From Microcystis aeruginosa NIES-843 (GTDB lineage Bacteria; Cyanobacteriota; Cyanobacteriia; Cyanobacteriales; Microcystaceae), in contig NC_010296.1 in assembly GCF_000010625.1 (NCBI RefSeq), positions 3,030,001-3,062,000 on the forward strand: a stretch of DNA of 32,000 nt, read 5' to 3'. A program made the position numbers and the translations under genes. Shown here in pieces: positions 1 to 9,700 of this stretch. Within the stretch, counting starts at the first letter, position 1; each line of letters opens with the position of its first letter. The notes under the pieces were generated by a model, which saw nothing but the letters and a program-made list of their open reading frames with translations, was not told the DNA's origin and did no database searches.

Positions 1-824
1 AGTAGTTTGGCTACTCTTGTCGGTGTGTCGATTGCTTGTCCTCGTCTGGTCGCCCAGTAAGTCCAATTTCCGTCATAAGGTGAGGCGTCGGCGCGTACTA
101 GGGTATGTCTGACAATTGGTGTCCAATTATGGAAACATAATTGATGACCGTCTTTGGTCTTAAATAACCAAGATTCGTGTCTTTCTTTCCCATTGCTGAG
201 TTTAACTGTATCCGGTCTAAAATAATTTCTCAGCTTTTCGTAGTTCGCTTTACCGCATCTTGATACTGTCCATGCCCTTAACATTAACCAGGTTGTATTG
301 TCTAGTTTATTGAAGGTATCCATAGATACTACTCCTGAGTAGTAGTTAGCCCAACCTCTAATGATTGGGTTTAGTCGACTAATCAGGGCTGATTGAGGTG
401 CTGTTTTGTGTTTTTTGATTACACCTTTAATCGCTTCTGTGTGGGTTTTAACTGCTTTTTGGCTGGGTTTGATGTGGGTTTTGTGACCAATTAATCGTTT
501 TGCCCCATCTTTCCCAGATTTGTATTTTCCTACTGGATATTGCCTGATATTGAATCCTAGAAAGTCAAAACCGGGTTCTTCCATTTTCCCATTGTATTCA
601 ATAGGTTTGAGTGTGTGACACACTCTGGTTTTTTCTGGTTTAAGTTCTAATCCTATCGGTTTTAACCATTCGGAAATGGCAGTTTTGCACTGTTCAATGA
701 TTTCGAGTGATGGGGAAATCACTACAAAGTCATCGGCGTATCTTATGAGAACAGCTTGATTAGTATCTTTCTTTTTGGGAAATAACGTTTCAATTAGTCT
801 CGCCATTCCATCCAGTGCGATGTT
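1..824 (-). pseudogene. Group II intron reverse transcriptase/maturase, C-terminal fragment, separated from its N-terminal part by the IS630 insertion
   Basis: My manual minus-strand translation gives ...NIALDGMARLIETLFPKKKDTNQAVLIRYADDFVVISPSLEIIEQCKTAISEWLKPIGLELKPEKT...ISRLNPIIRGWANYYSGV...DGNWTYWATRRGQ.... It contains the YADD RT motif and the RGWxNYY maturase (X/thumb) motif. The frame is still open at the window edge. Confidence 0.85.
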
Positions 825-825
825 A

Positions 826-1963
826 TACTTTGCACGGCTACAACTTGCATTTTTTACTCAAGGACAATAATATAGTTTAAGAGTCATAATTAGAAGCAAA
901 GCACTCATTAAAAACATGATTAACCTAGAATTCACGGAAGAAGAAAAGAACTCACTGTATTATGAAAGATTTCATCATCCCCATCCCCGGGTTCAACTGA
1001 AGATGGAAGTTCTCTGGTTAAAGAGCCAAAAGATACCGCACAAAAAAATTTGTCAGTTAGCAGGAATCTCGCCAAATACCTTATTAACCTATCTTCGAGA
1101 TTATGAAGAAGGCGGAATAGAAAAATTAAAAGAAATCAACTTCTATCGCCCTAAAAGTGAATTAGAGTCTCAAAAAGAAACGCTCAAAAAATACTTCGAG
1201 AAAAATCCACCAGCCACAATAAATGAAGCTGTATATAGGATAGAAGAATTAACGGGAATAAAACGAAGTCCTACCCAAGTTAGAAAATTTTTAAAATCAA
1301 TGGGAATGAAATGTTTAAAAGTAGGTTCTCTTCCTTCTAAAGCTGACCGGGATGAACAAGAGGACTACAAAGAAAAAAAGCTAGAACCCAGACTAAATGA
1401 GGCTAAAGAAGGAAAAAGGGCTGTTTTTTTTGTTGATGCCGCTCACTTCGTCATGGGAGCATTTCTCGGTTTTGTTTGGTGTTTTGAGAGACTTTTTGTT
1501 AAGTCACCGAGCGGGCGTAAACGCTTCAATGTTTTAGGAGCATTAAATGCAATAACTCATGAAGTTATTCTGGTTACGAATGACACTTATATTACAGCAA
1601 CTCAAGTCTGTGAACTTCTTAAAAAAATAGCTGCTTTAGGAATAACTATTCCCATCACTCTAGTCTTAGATAATGCCCGCTATCAAAAATGTAAAATTGT
1701 TGAAGAATTGGCTCTTTCTTTGTCAATAGAGCTACTCTATTTGCCGTCTTATTCGCCTAATCTAAATTTAATTGAAAGGCTGTGGAAATTGGTCAAAAAG
1801 AAATGTTTGTATGGTAAATACTATGAAAACTTTTCTGACTTTTCTTCAGCTATTTATGAATGTCTGAATGATGCCCACCTGAAACATAAAAAAGAACTGG
1901 ATTCCTTGCTCACTCTACGATTTCAGAAGTTTAATAAATCTCAGATTATGAACGTCTAAAGTA
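826..1963 (+). mobile_element. IS630-family insertion sequence, about 1.14 kb, nested inside the intron RT ORF
   Basis: Single transposase ORF. Imperfect terminal inverted repeats: left TACTTTGCACG, right (reverse complement) TACTTTAGACG. A TA dinucleotide is present on both flanks (824-825 and 1964-1965). Removing the element plus one TA restores the reading frame ...GVISPLLA|NIALDG..., a canonical RT motif. TA target duplication is the hallmark of IS630/Tc1-mariner. Confidence 0.85.
916..1959 (+). CDS. IS630-family DDE transposase, apparently intact
   Basis: 347-aa ORF with an N-terminal HTH-like region and a DDE triad in FFVDAAHF, LVLDNARYQK and NLIERLWK. The third acidic residue lies 35 residues after the second D by my count (DD34/35E-type spacing). 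The stop codon sits within the right terminal repeat. Confidence 0.9.
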   Translation: MINLEFTEEEKNSLYYERFHHPHPRVQLKMEVLWLKSQKIPHKKICQLAGISPNTLLTYLRDYEEGGIEKLKEINFYRPKSELESQKETLKKYFEKNPPATINEAVYRIEELTGIKRSPTQVRKFLKSMGMKCLKVGSLPSKADRDEQEDYKEKKLEPRLNEAKEGKRAVFFVDAAHFVMGAFLGFVWCFERLFVKSPSGRKRFNVLGALNAITHEVILVTNDTYITATQVCELLKKIAALGITIPITLVLDNARYQKCKIVEELALSLSIELLYLPSYSPNLNLIERLWKLVKKKCLYGKYYENFSDFSSAIYECLNDAHLKHKKELDSLLTLRFQKFNKSQIMNV

Positions 1964-1964
1964 T

Positions 1965-2711
1965 AGCTAGTAGTGGACTTATTACCCCTCCTTGTGGTGT
2001 CCCGGTTTCTGTTTCTTCAAATACACCGTTATCCAAAACTCCTGCTTTGAGCCATTGTTTGATGTCTCTTTTCAGGGAGCTTGGACAATGAATTTTGGAC
2101 AGTAAAAAGTCGTGATTAATTCGGTCAAAACACTTGGCAATATCAGCATCTAATACAAAGTAGCTACTTTGATTAATGGTGATGTATATCTTTGATATTG
2201 CGTCATGGGCAGACCTTCCGGGTCGGAAACCATAGCTGGTTCCTTCCATTTTTGACTCCCATTCTGGTTCAAGTGCCGATTTAATCAACGCTTGTCTAGC
2301 TCTGTCTTTAATGGTTGGTATTCCTAATGGGCGTTTTTCATCCCTGCCGGGTTTAGGAATCCATACCCTTCTTAGCGGTTTTGCTTTAAGTGTTCCTTTG
2401 ATTTCTTCGGTTAGATTTAGCCTTTGTTCTGGGGATATTGCTATCACTCCATCGACTCCTGCTGTTTTCTTTCCTTGATTATCTTGGGTTACTTTGCGAA
2501 CTGCTAATAGACGAGCATAGTATGATTTCGCCAATAGACGTTGCAACCTTCTAACCTTTGCATCCTGTCCCGATTTAGCCGCTTGGTATATCCTCTTTTG
2601 GAGCTTGAAAACATATCTTTGGACTTTTGCCCAATTGATAGTTTTCCATACATTCGTAGTCTTAGTGGTTTTCGGTTTCCCGAACCCTTTACCTTCTCTC
2701 GCTTTCGTCAT
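1965..2711 (-). pseudogene. Group II intron reverse transcriptase, N-terminal fragment (RT motifs 0-4), truncated by the IS630 insertion
   Basis: The ORF-track protein MTKAREGKGFGKPK...RKVTQDNQGKKTAGVDGV...RRVWIPKPGRDEKRPLGIPTIKDRARQ...SYGFRPGRSAHDA...VLDADIAKCFDRINH...GTPQGGVISPLLA then reads IL-stop from IS-derived sequence. These motifs are typical of group II intron RTs. Confidence 0.85.
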
Positions 2712-3471
2712 ATAGACTCCTACTAGACTCTATCCTTACAATCAAACCGTAACCTGTCAGCATATCCTGACTATTACTGTCAGGCGTTGGCTTTTGGTTA
2801 CATCTCACACCCTTAAAGGCTTGCGCTTACACTTATCGCTACTGGGTATTTCGACCGATACTCAGAGCCTAAAAGGGTTTATAACGTTCCGTTTATATGG
2901 GCATTCCATCTTTAGATTTGTCCTCTCCACCGGGGTACTTTAAAGGTCTGTGTGAGTGGGAAAGGTAAGACCCTCACTATTCCCCTTATTCTTTTGAATG
3001 TAGTGTGTCAACCTATTTCACTACTCAATGTTTACGATGGTTCAAGTCGGACATTTGGCTCACGCCTAATCTTGGATGGTTGGCAGTGGTCTCGGTTTGG
3101 ATGTTAGGTTACATCTAGGAGCCTTCCGTTCCCCGCTTCAGTCCCAGAGTTGTGACTTCTGAATCTGGGGGTGGCTATCGCCGTTACTCTCAGCTTTGTA
3201 ACGATTTGTGATTGATTGTTACAAAGTGTATTGACCTTGAGTCCCCTTGCCTGATTTGGTATCGGGTGATACTAAACGTCGGGACATATAAACAGTTATA
3301 AGGTTGGTCTGGGTTGACCTCTTAGATTCAGTCGGGGGACTGAAGACCTTACTAGGCGGTTATTTCGGGCATTTCAGCCCTATTTCATGCCTAAACGTTT
3401 CGCACTCATACATACATTATATGTATCTTAGAAGGTTGAGTCAAGCTCAAAACCCCTTCAGAGTATCACAC
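2712..3471 (-). ncRNA. Group II intron ribozyme, 5' portion (domains I-III and the start of IV)
   Basis: Non-coding sequence between the putative 5' splice site and the RT start codon. It contains many short complementary segments and only spurious ORFs (2541..2726 and 3304..3495). Its position matches group II intron architecture. I did not fold the secondary structure. Confidence 0.55.
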
Positions 3472-3641
3472 GGATCGCCTTACCTTCCCACTTAGAGGGG
3501 TATTCAGGGGGAATGACAACTGTGCCATGATGAAGAATCATTTTAAATTCAATCGCTTCCATTCGTTAAGTTTAATAAAGTGTTGTATCAAGTTTAACCC
3601 AATCAATCCATGGAGTTTTAGGGGATGAAAAAAAAGCAGCA

Positions 3642-3659
3642 AAAAAGCGATCGCTTTTT
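3642..3659. repeat. HIP1-centred 18-bp perfect palindrome AAAAAGCGATCGCTTTTT
   Basis: Read directly from the sequence. Further GCGATCGC copies occur at 12411-12418, 24502-24509 and 27240-27247. HIP1 is a cyanobacterial genomic signature. Confidence 0.8.
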
Positions 3660-3703
3660 CCCAATCAAATATAATTTAGGTAGAAAATTGCCGAAAAACC
3701 TCT

Positions 3704-4522
3704 ATGCTCAACGGGTACAAAATTATTGATGCTGATTCCCATGTCATTGAACCCCCCGCAATGTGGGGCCAATACCTAGAACCTAAATTTAGGGAATTTG
3801 CTCCTTCTGCTGACATGAAAATCAAAGGAGAACCGATTAGTCAAAAAATCTCCCCACAAGTCCAAGCAGAAGGGAATAAGCAGATGATGCAAGCTCATCC
3901 CCAGGCTTATCTCAATCGCTATAACCCAGAGTCCCATGTTCAAGCAATGGTACAAATGGGGGTAGATATGGCCTTTATTTATCCTACCTATGGACTGTGG
4001 TTATTTGCCATTGATAGCCTACCCGCCGAAGTGATGGGGGCTTTTGTCCGTGCCTATAATAGATGGTTATCAGAAGAATATTGTAGCTATGACCCGGCTA
4101 GACTGAAAGGAGTCGCTGCAGTCAATCAACATGATCCCGAAGATATGGTCAAAGAGCTACACCGCATGGCAAACTTGGGCTGGAAGGCGGTTTTTTTGCG
4201 CCCTAATCCCGTTAAAGGTAGAATTTTGAGCGATCGAGCCTATGAACCCTTTTGGACGGCCTGCGAGGATTTGGACATGGCTGTAGGAATTCATGAAGGC
4301 ACTCATAGCCGCTTACCCACCACTGGTGCAGATCGATTTAACACCCGTTTTGCCCTTCATGCTTGTTCTCACCCCATGGAGCAGATGATGGCACTGTTAG
4401 CCTTAATTGAAGGGGGGGTTTTAGAACGTCATCGGAGGCTGAGGGTGGCGTTTCTAGAGTCAGGGTGTGGTTGGCTTCCCTATTGGTTATGGAAGCTTGA
4501 CGAAGAATACAAAAGTTTATAG
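3704..4522 (+). CDS. Amidohydrolase-2 family protein (ACMSD/LigW-like metal-dependent hydrolase/decarboxylase fold), probably truncated at the 3' end
   Basis: The N-terminus YKIIDADSHVIEPP..MW..YLEPKF, the internal GIHEGTH, and FLESGCGWLPYWLWKLDEEY are typical of the family. The ORF stops right after the W..rlD..y motif. The C-terminal roughly 100 aa that normally carries the final metal-binding/catalytic Asp (D-Y-P-H-x-D region) is absent. No downstream frame continues it. Confidence 0.7.
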   Translation: MLNGYKIIDADSHVIEPPAMWGQYLEPKFREFAPSADMKIKGEPISQKISPQVQAEGNKQMMQAHPQAYLNRYNPESHVQAMVQMGVDMAFIYPTYGLWLFAIDSLPAEVMGAFVRAYNRWLSEEYCSYDPARLKGVAAVNQHDPEDMVKELHRMANLGWKAVFLRPNPVKGRILSDRAYEPFWTACEDLDMAVGIHEGTHSRLPTTGADRFNTRFALHACSHPMEQMMALLALIEGGVLERHRRLRVAFLESGCGWLPYWLWKLDEEYKSL

Positions 4523-4597
4523 TATGATGTAAAGAATCAGATTAAATTGAACTTAATCCAAGTATTTTCCCTATCAATCTCAGATTATTAAGATATT

Positions 4598-6700
4598 ATG
4601 ACTGAAAACCCCAATAATTATAGTTCTAACTTACCTTCTGGTTGTCCCTTGATCCCAGAATCAATCATGACTGCGAATAGATGTGAACACACGGAGCTTA
4701 ACTTAGAGATTGAAGGGCAATTACCAGAAGACTTGCAGGGTCATTTTTTTATGGTCGCACCAGTAGGAACGGTTGATTCTGGGGGTACCCCTTTTCCCGA
4801 TGGCGACTCATTGTTGAATGGCGACGGTATGATTTACCGACTCGATTTTGATTGCCCCGGTGAAGCAAAGATAACAACACGATTAGCTAAGCCCCCTGAT
4901 TATTATGCAGACAAGGCAACCTTCTTGAAAAGCCAATACCAAAAGTATAGATTTCGCAATCATGGAATTGTCCGCTTTTCTTACGCACTTGGATTTCGTA
5001 ATGAGCTAAATACAGCTTTTCTAGTTATGCCATCAGGAAAGGAAGATGTCCTAGATCGTTTATTAGTGACCTATGATGGAGGCCGTCCCTACGAATTAGA
5101 TACAGAAACCCTTGAAGTTGTTACACCTGTTGGCTGGAATCAAGAGTGGCGGGCCGAAATGAACAAACCACAATTTCCTTTCAAGACGATTTTGAGTACC
5201 GCCCATCCTGCTTTTGATAGTAATACGGGTGAAATGTTTACTGTAAATTATGGCAGAGCTATTATGAATCTGCTAAAGAGGCTCCCTTTTGCCATTGAAT
5301 TAGATGAACTCCCCAAAGACATTTACCAATTAATGAGGGCAATCATTGGTTTTTCTAATGCTAATATGTTGCGAAATATTTTTCAGTTGAATATTATGTG
5401 GGCTAAAGGTATTTTGCAACAGGCCATAAATGTAATTAAATATTTGCTTGGGGAAGATATTGAGAATTTTGTCTATCTGCTTCGCTGGGATGGGACAGGT
5501 AACTTAGAGCGTTGGAAGTTAAGACTTCCCGATGGTTCACCAGTAAAAATTGAACAAACCATCCATCAAATTGGAGTCAGCAAAGATTATGTGATTTTAA
5601 TGGACACAGCTTTTATTGTCGGTTTAGAGCAGTTAATAAACAATCCAATACCAGAGAATAAACAACTCGAAGAATTAATCAGAAACTTACTCGAAAGCCC
5701 GAATCGACCGGATTCATATATTTATATTGTACGTCGTAGGGAGCTCATCTCAGGACAGTACCCGATTGATTCTGACAAGGAAGTGACTGTCATCGCTAAA
5801 AAACTCATCATTCCTTTACCAGCTGCTCACTTTTTAGTTGATTACGAAAATCCTGATGGAAAGATTACGCTTCATGTTGCTCACATTGCTTCTTGGGATG
5901 TGGCTGAGTGGATTCGTAAATATGACTTATCGGCTTACCCACCCTATCATCCAATCGCCAAGCGGGTTTATTCTATGGAACCCAATGAGATGGATATTAG
6001 CCGTTTGGGACGCTATGTAATTGATGGAAACCGAGGAGAAGTCATTCAATCAAATGTTATCTACTCATCTCCCTATACTTGGGGAACGGGTTTATACGCT
6101 TACCGAGATCGATTATCATCAGGAAGGCAACCCAAACGACTTGATGATATTTATTGGATTTCCTTTGGACTTTGGCAGGAAACGATGACAAAGTTTCTCT
6201 ATGATTTATATAAAGATGCCCCCTACCGAGCAGTGCCTTTGGAGGATTTACTAAATTTAGCAAAACAAGGCGTTCCATCTTCCCTGTTTCGATTACATAC
6301 CCCAGATGATTCCCTGAAGATTGCCGATTCTTATCAGTTTCCTAGGGGATATATTGGTGGTTCTCCTCAGTTCATTCCTCGCCATACAAGCGAAGAAAAT
6401 TCTACAGAGGGTTACATCATTTGTAGCGTTTTTACCCCTCGTAGTAGCGAATTTTGGATTTTTGATGGGGGGGATCTGGCCAAAGGTCCTTTGACTAAGC
6501 TAAGACATCAGGATCTAAATTTTGGTTATAGTTTGCACACGGCTTGGCTTCCTACAATTGGTCGCCGTCAAGTGAGTTACAATATCCCTGTCAAATCGGA
6601 TTTTCAGCAGTTGGTAAAGGACAGTTCCCCCGATATTCAAAAACTTTTTGAAGATGAAATATATCCCTTCTTTCCATCAGATAATGGACATTTAGTGTAG
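4598..6700 (+). CDS. Carotenoid/stilbene cleavage oxygenase (CCD/RPE65/LSD) family protein, unusually long at 700 aa
   Basis: Family landmarks: [27 protein letters not shown], and four candidate iron-ligand His residues at about 203 ([13 protein letters not shown]), 323 ([15 protein letters not shown]), 411 ([10 protein letters not shown]) and 647 (GYSLHTAW). An extra segment of about 70 aa (residues about 220-290) lies between the first two His residues. Confidence 0.8.
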   Translation: MTENPNNYSSNLPSGCPLIPESIMTANRCEHTELNLEIEGQLPEDLQGHFFMVAPVGTVDSGGTPFPDGDSLLNGDGMIYRLDFDCPGEAKITTRLAKPPDYYADKATFLKSQYQKYRFRNHGIVRFSYALGFRNELNTAFLVMPSGKEDVLDRLLVTYDGGRPYELDTETLEVVTPVGWNQEWRAEMNKPQFPFKTILSTAHPAFDSNTGEMFTVNYGRAIMNLLKRLPFAIELDELPKDIYQLMRAIIGFSNANMLRNIFQLNIMWAKGILQQAINVIKYLLGEDIENFVYLLRWDGTGNLERWKLRLPDGSPVKIEQTIHQIGVSKDYVILMDTAFIVGLEQLINNPIPENKQLEELIRNLLESPNRPDSYIYIVRRRELISGQYPIDSDKEVTVIAKKLIIPLPAAHFLVDYENPDGKITLHVAHIASWDVAEWIRKYDLSAYPPYHPIAKRVYSMEPNEMDISRLGRYVIDGNRGEVIQSNVIYSSPYTWGTGLYAYRDRLSSGRQPKRLDDIYWISFGLWQETMTKFLYDLYKDAPYRAVPLEDLLNLAKQGVPSSLFRLHTPDDSLKIADSYQFPRGYIGGSPQFIPRHTSEENSTEGYIICSVFTPRSSEFWIFDGGDLAKGPLTKLRHQDLNFGYSLHTAWLPTIGRRQVSYNIPVKSDFQQLVKDSSPDIQKLFEDEIYPFFPSDNGHLV

Positions 6701-6714
6701 GAGATAAAGATTCG

Positions 6715-9700
6715 ATGCTCGCTCTTCCTAACTATGAGATTAATCACAAGATTTACGAAGGGGTTAAAAGCGTCGTTTATCGCGGTAAATCTTGTCAGAA
6801 AGAACAGCCCGTAATCATCAAAGTTCTCAAAGCTGAATATCCCTCCATAGAAGAGATCGTCTGTTGGAGACAGGAGCATGAAATTATTCAAAATTTAAAC
6901 TATGATGGGGTAGTTAAATCCTATGGTTTGGTTAACTATCGTCATGTTTTTGCCCTAATTCTCGAAGATTTTGGTGGTCAATCTTTAGCTAAATTTTTAA
7001 CAACCCAACACCTTTCTATTTCTCAGTTTTTAACCATTGCTATCTCCTTAGCAGACATCTTAATTAAGATTCACCAAGTTCCCATTATTCATAAAGACAT
7101 TAAACCCAGTAATATCCTCATCAACCAAGAAACAAAACAGGTTAAATTGACTGATTTTAGCATTGCTTCTAACCTAACATTTGAGCGGCAAACTATTACC
7201 AATCCTCGCTTTTTACAAGGAACACTGGCTTATATGTCCCCAGAACAAACGGGACGAATGAATCGCCGGATTGACTATCGCAGTGATTTTTATTCTTTGG
7301 GAGTGACCTTTTATGAAATGCTCACAGGAATGTTGCCCTTTAGATCTCAGGATTTGATGGAGTTAGTTCATTGTCATATTGCGAAACAACCTCCTCCTTT
7401 AGAACAATTCTCAGTTCCGCCGATGATTTCTAACATTGTTAGAAAACTAATGGCAAAAAATGCAGAAGAGCGTTATCAAAGTGCTGCTGGACTCAAATTT
7501 GATTTGGAAACTTGTTTATGTCAACTAGAAAAGCAGAGCCGGCTTAAGATTTTTGCTTTGGGAGAACGGGATTATCCCAATCAATTGCTGATTCCTCAAA
7601 AACTCTATGGAAGAAGTCAAGAAATAGTGAGATTACTAGAAGCATTCAAACGAGTAGCAAACCCAAAAGTAGCAGGAGTAGAAAAAGTTGAATCTGCCAT
7701 CGAAATAATGTTAGTCTCTGGTTATTCAGGAATTGGTAAGACATCCATTGTTAATGAAGTTCAAAAAGCAATTGTTGAAGCCAGAGGATATTTTATTAGG
7801 GGAAAATTTGAGCAGTTAAAACGCAATATTCCTTATCTAGCTCTGATTCAAGCATTTCAAGAATTAATTCGCCAGTTATTAACTGAAAATCAGGAGGAAA
7901 TTGAATCGTGGAAAGACGATATTATCAGGGCTATTACGCCAAATGCTCAAATTATTATCGATGTCATTCCTGAAGTTGAATTAATCATTGGTAAACAGCC
8001 AGAAGTTCCTCAATTAAACTCTCTAGAAGCTGAAAATCGTTTTAATCAAGTTTTTAAAGAGTTCATCAAGGTTTTTTGTACTCCTAATCATCCTTTGGTA
8101 ATTTTTCTTGATGATTTACAATGGATAGATTCGGCATCCCTAAAATTATTGCAACTTATAGTGACCGATAAAAGAGGCAAATATTTGTTTTTTATTGGTG
8201 CTTATCGAGATAACGAGGTTAGTTCAACTCATCCCTTAACCTTGATGCTAGAGAAACTAAAAACTACCCATTTAGTGATCAATCATCTTGAAATTCAACC
8301 CTTATATTATGACAATGTTCGACAATTAATTGAGGAAACTTTTAACGGTAAGGTTAATAGGGATGAGCTTAAAGATTTAGCCGAATTAATTTTTTATAAA
8401 ACCCAAGGCAATCCTTTCTTTATCTCTCAGTTTCTTAAAACTTTATACAGTGAAAATTTAATAACCTATCAAGTCAATATAGATCGTTGGATTTGGTCTA
8501 GTGAGGCTATACAATCTGTCGGTATTACTGATTATAATGTTGTGGAATTAATTGCTAGAAATATTGGTAAACTTCCTGAAAAAACGCAACAACTAATCAA
8601 ATTAGCTGCTTGTATTGGCAACTCTTTTAGTTTAGATTTATTGGCATTTGTTCAACAAAAATCTATCTCCGCTACAGCGAAAGAATTAGCGATAGCTCTT
8701 CAACAAGGATTTATTTTACCTCAGTCAGAAGACTATAAACTTCCTTTATTGTTTGATCAGATAGAATACCAACAGTTAAATTTAGAAAATGTAGAGATTA
8801 AATACAAATTTTTACACGATAGAGTACAGCAAGCAGCCTATTCACTTATTCCCGAATCAGAACGAAAAGCAAATCACTTGCAAATTGGTCAATTTCTTCT
8901 CAAAAAGACAACTACTCAAGCTCAAGAAAACAAATTATTTGACATAGTTAATCAACTCAATTTTGGGATTGATTTATTAAAGGATACCTCAGATAAAGAA
9001 CAGTTGTGTCAATTAAATTTAAGGGCGGGAAAGAAAGCTAAATCGGCTAATGCTTACCAAGCTTCAGTCAATTATTTACATTTTGCTTGTCAGCTTTTAT
9101 TATTAGATAGTTGGCAAAAGCAATATGAGCTTACCTTTAATATTTATCTTGAATTAGTAGAAGCTCACTATCTGAATACTAATCTAGAAACGGCTGATAA
9201 TCTCTGTGATTTTGCTTTACTGCACGTCCGAAGTCCTTTAGAACAAGTTAAATTTTACGAAATAAAGATTAAAATAAACTTGGCTAGAGGCGCAATAGAT
9301 TTAGCTCTAAATAACGGACAAAAAGCTTTAGAAATTTTAGGCATATCTTTAGTGGAATCACCACCACAAGCGTTAAACATTGAAAAATTAGCCAGATTAG
9401 GAGTGATGAAAGAACCTAATAAGTTGATGGCAATGAAGATTTTTAGTCTTATTTATGCTCCTGCTTGTTTTGCCGAAAGTTCTATAGCATTACCAATTCT
9501 CTATACTGAGATTACCCTATCCCAGCAGTATGGCAATTCACCCCCAGTCGTTTATGCTTATGCTGTTTATGGAATTATTGTCTCTTGGCTCATGTTAGAT
9601 ATTGATTTAGCTTATCAACTTGGACAATTATCTTTACGGGTTTTAGAGAAATTAAATGCCAAGGATTTTTGGTCGAAAGCTTATGTCTCAATTTCCATTA

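Larger units (their letters stand above)
1..3471 (-). mobile_element. Group II intron, partial. The 3' part, including the end of the maturase ORF and domains V/VI, lies beyond the window start.
   Basis: A minus-strand RT/maturase ORF (fragments 1965..2711 and 1..824) is preceded by about 700-760 nt of non-coding, structure-rich sequence. This is the expected domain I-III / ORF-in-domain-IV layout. Candidate 5' splice-site consensus GUGYG: GTGTG reading down from 3471, or alternatively GTGCG reading down from 3405. The exact 5' boundary is not resolved. Confidence 0.8.

Noticed and set aside
2541-3495. ORFs 2541..2726(+) and 3304..3495(+)
   Set aside because: The first is antisense to the RT start and the second lies inside the intron ribozyme region. 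Neither has coding-like composition.
5838-6891. ORFs 5838..6020(+), 6057..6278(-) and 6637..6891(-)
   Set aside because: They are alternative or antisense frames inside the oxygenase gene and the oxygenase/kinase junction. They have no domain signal.
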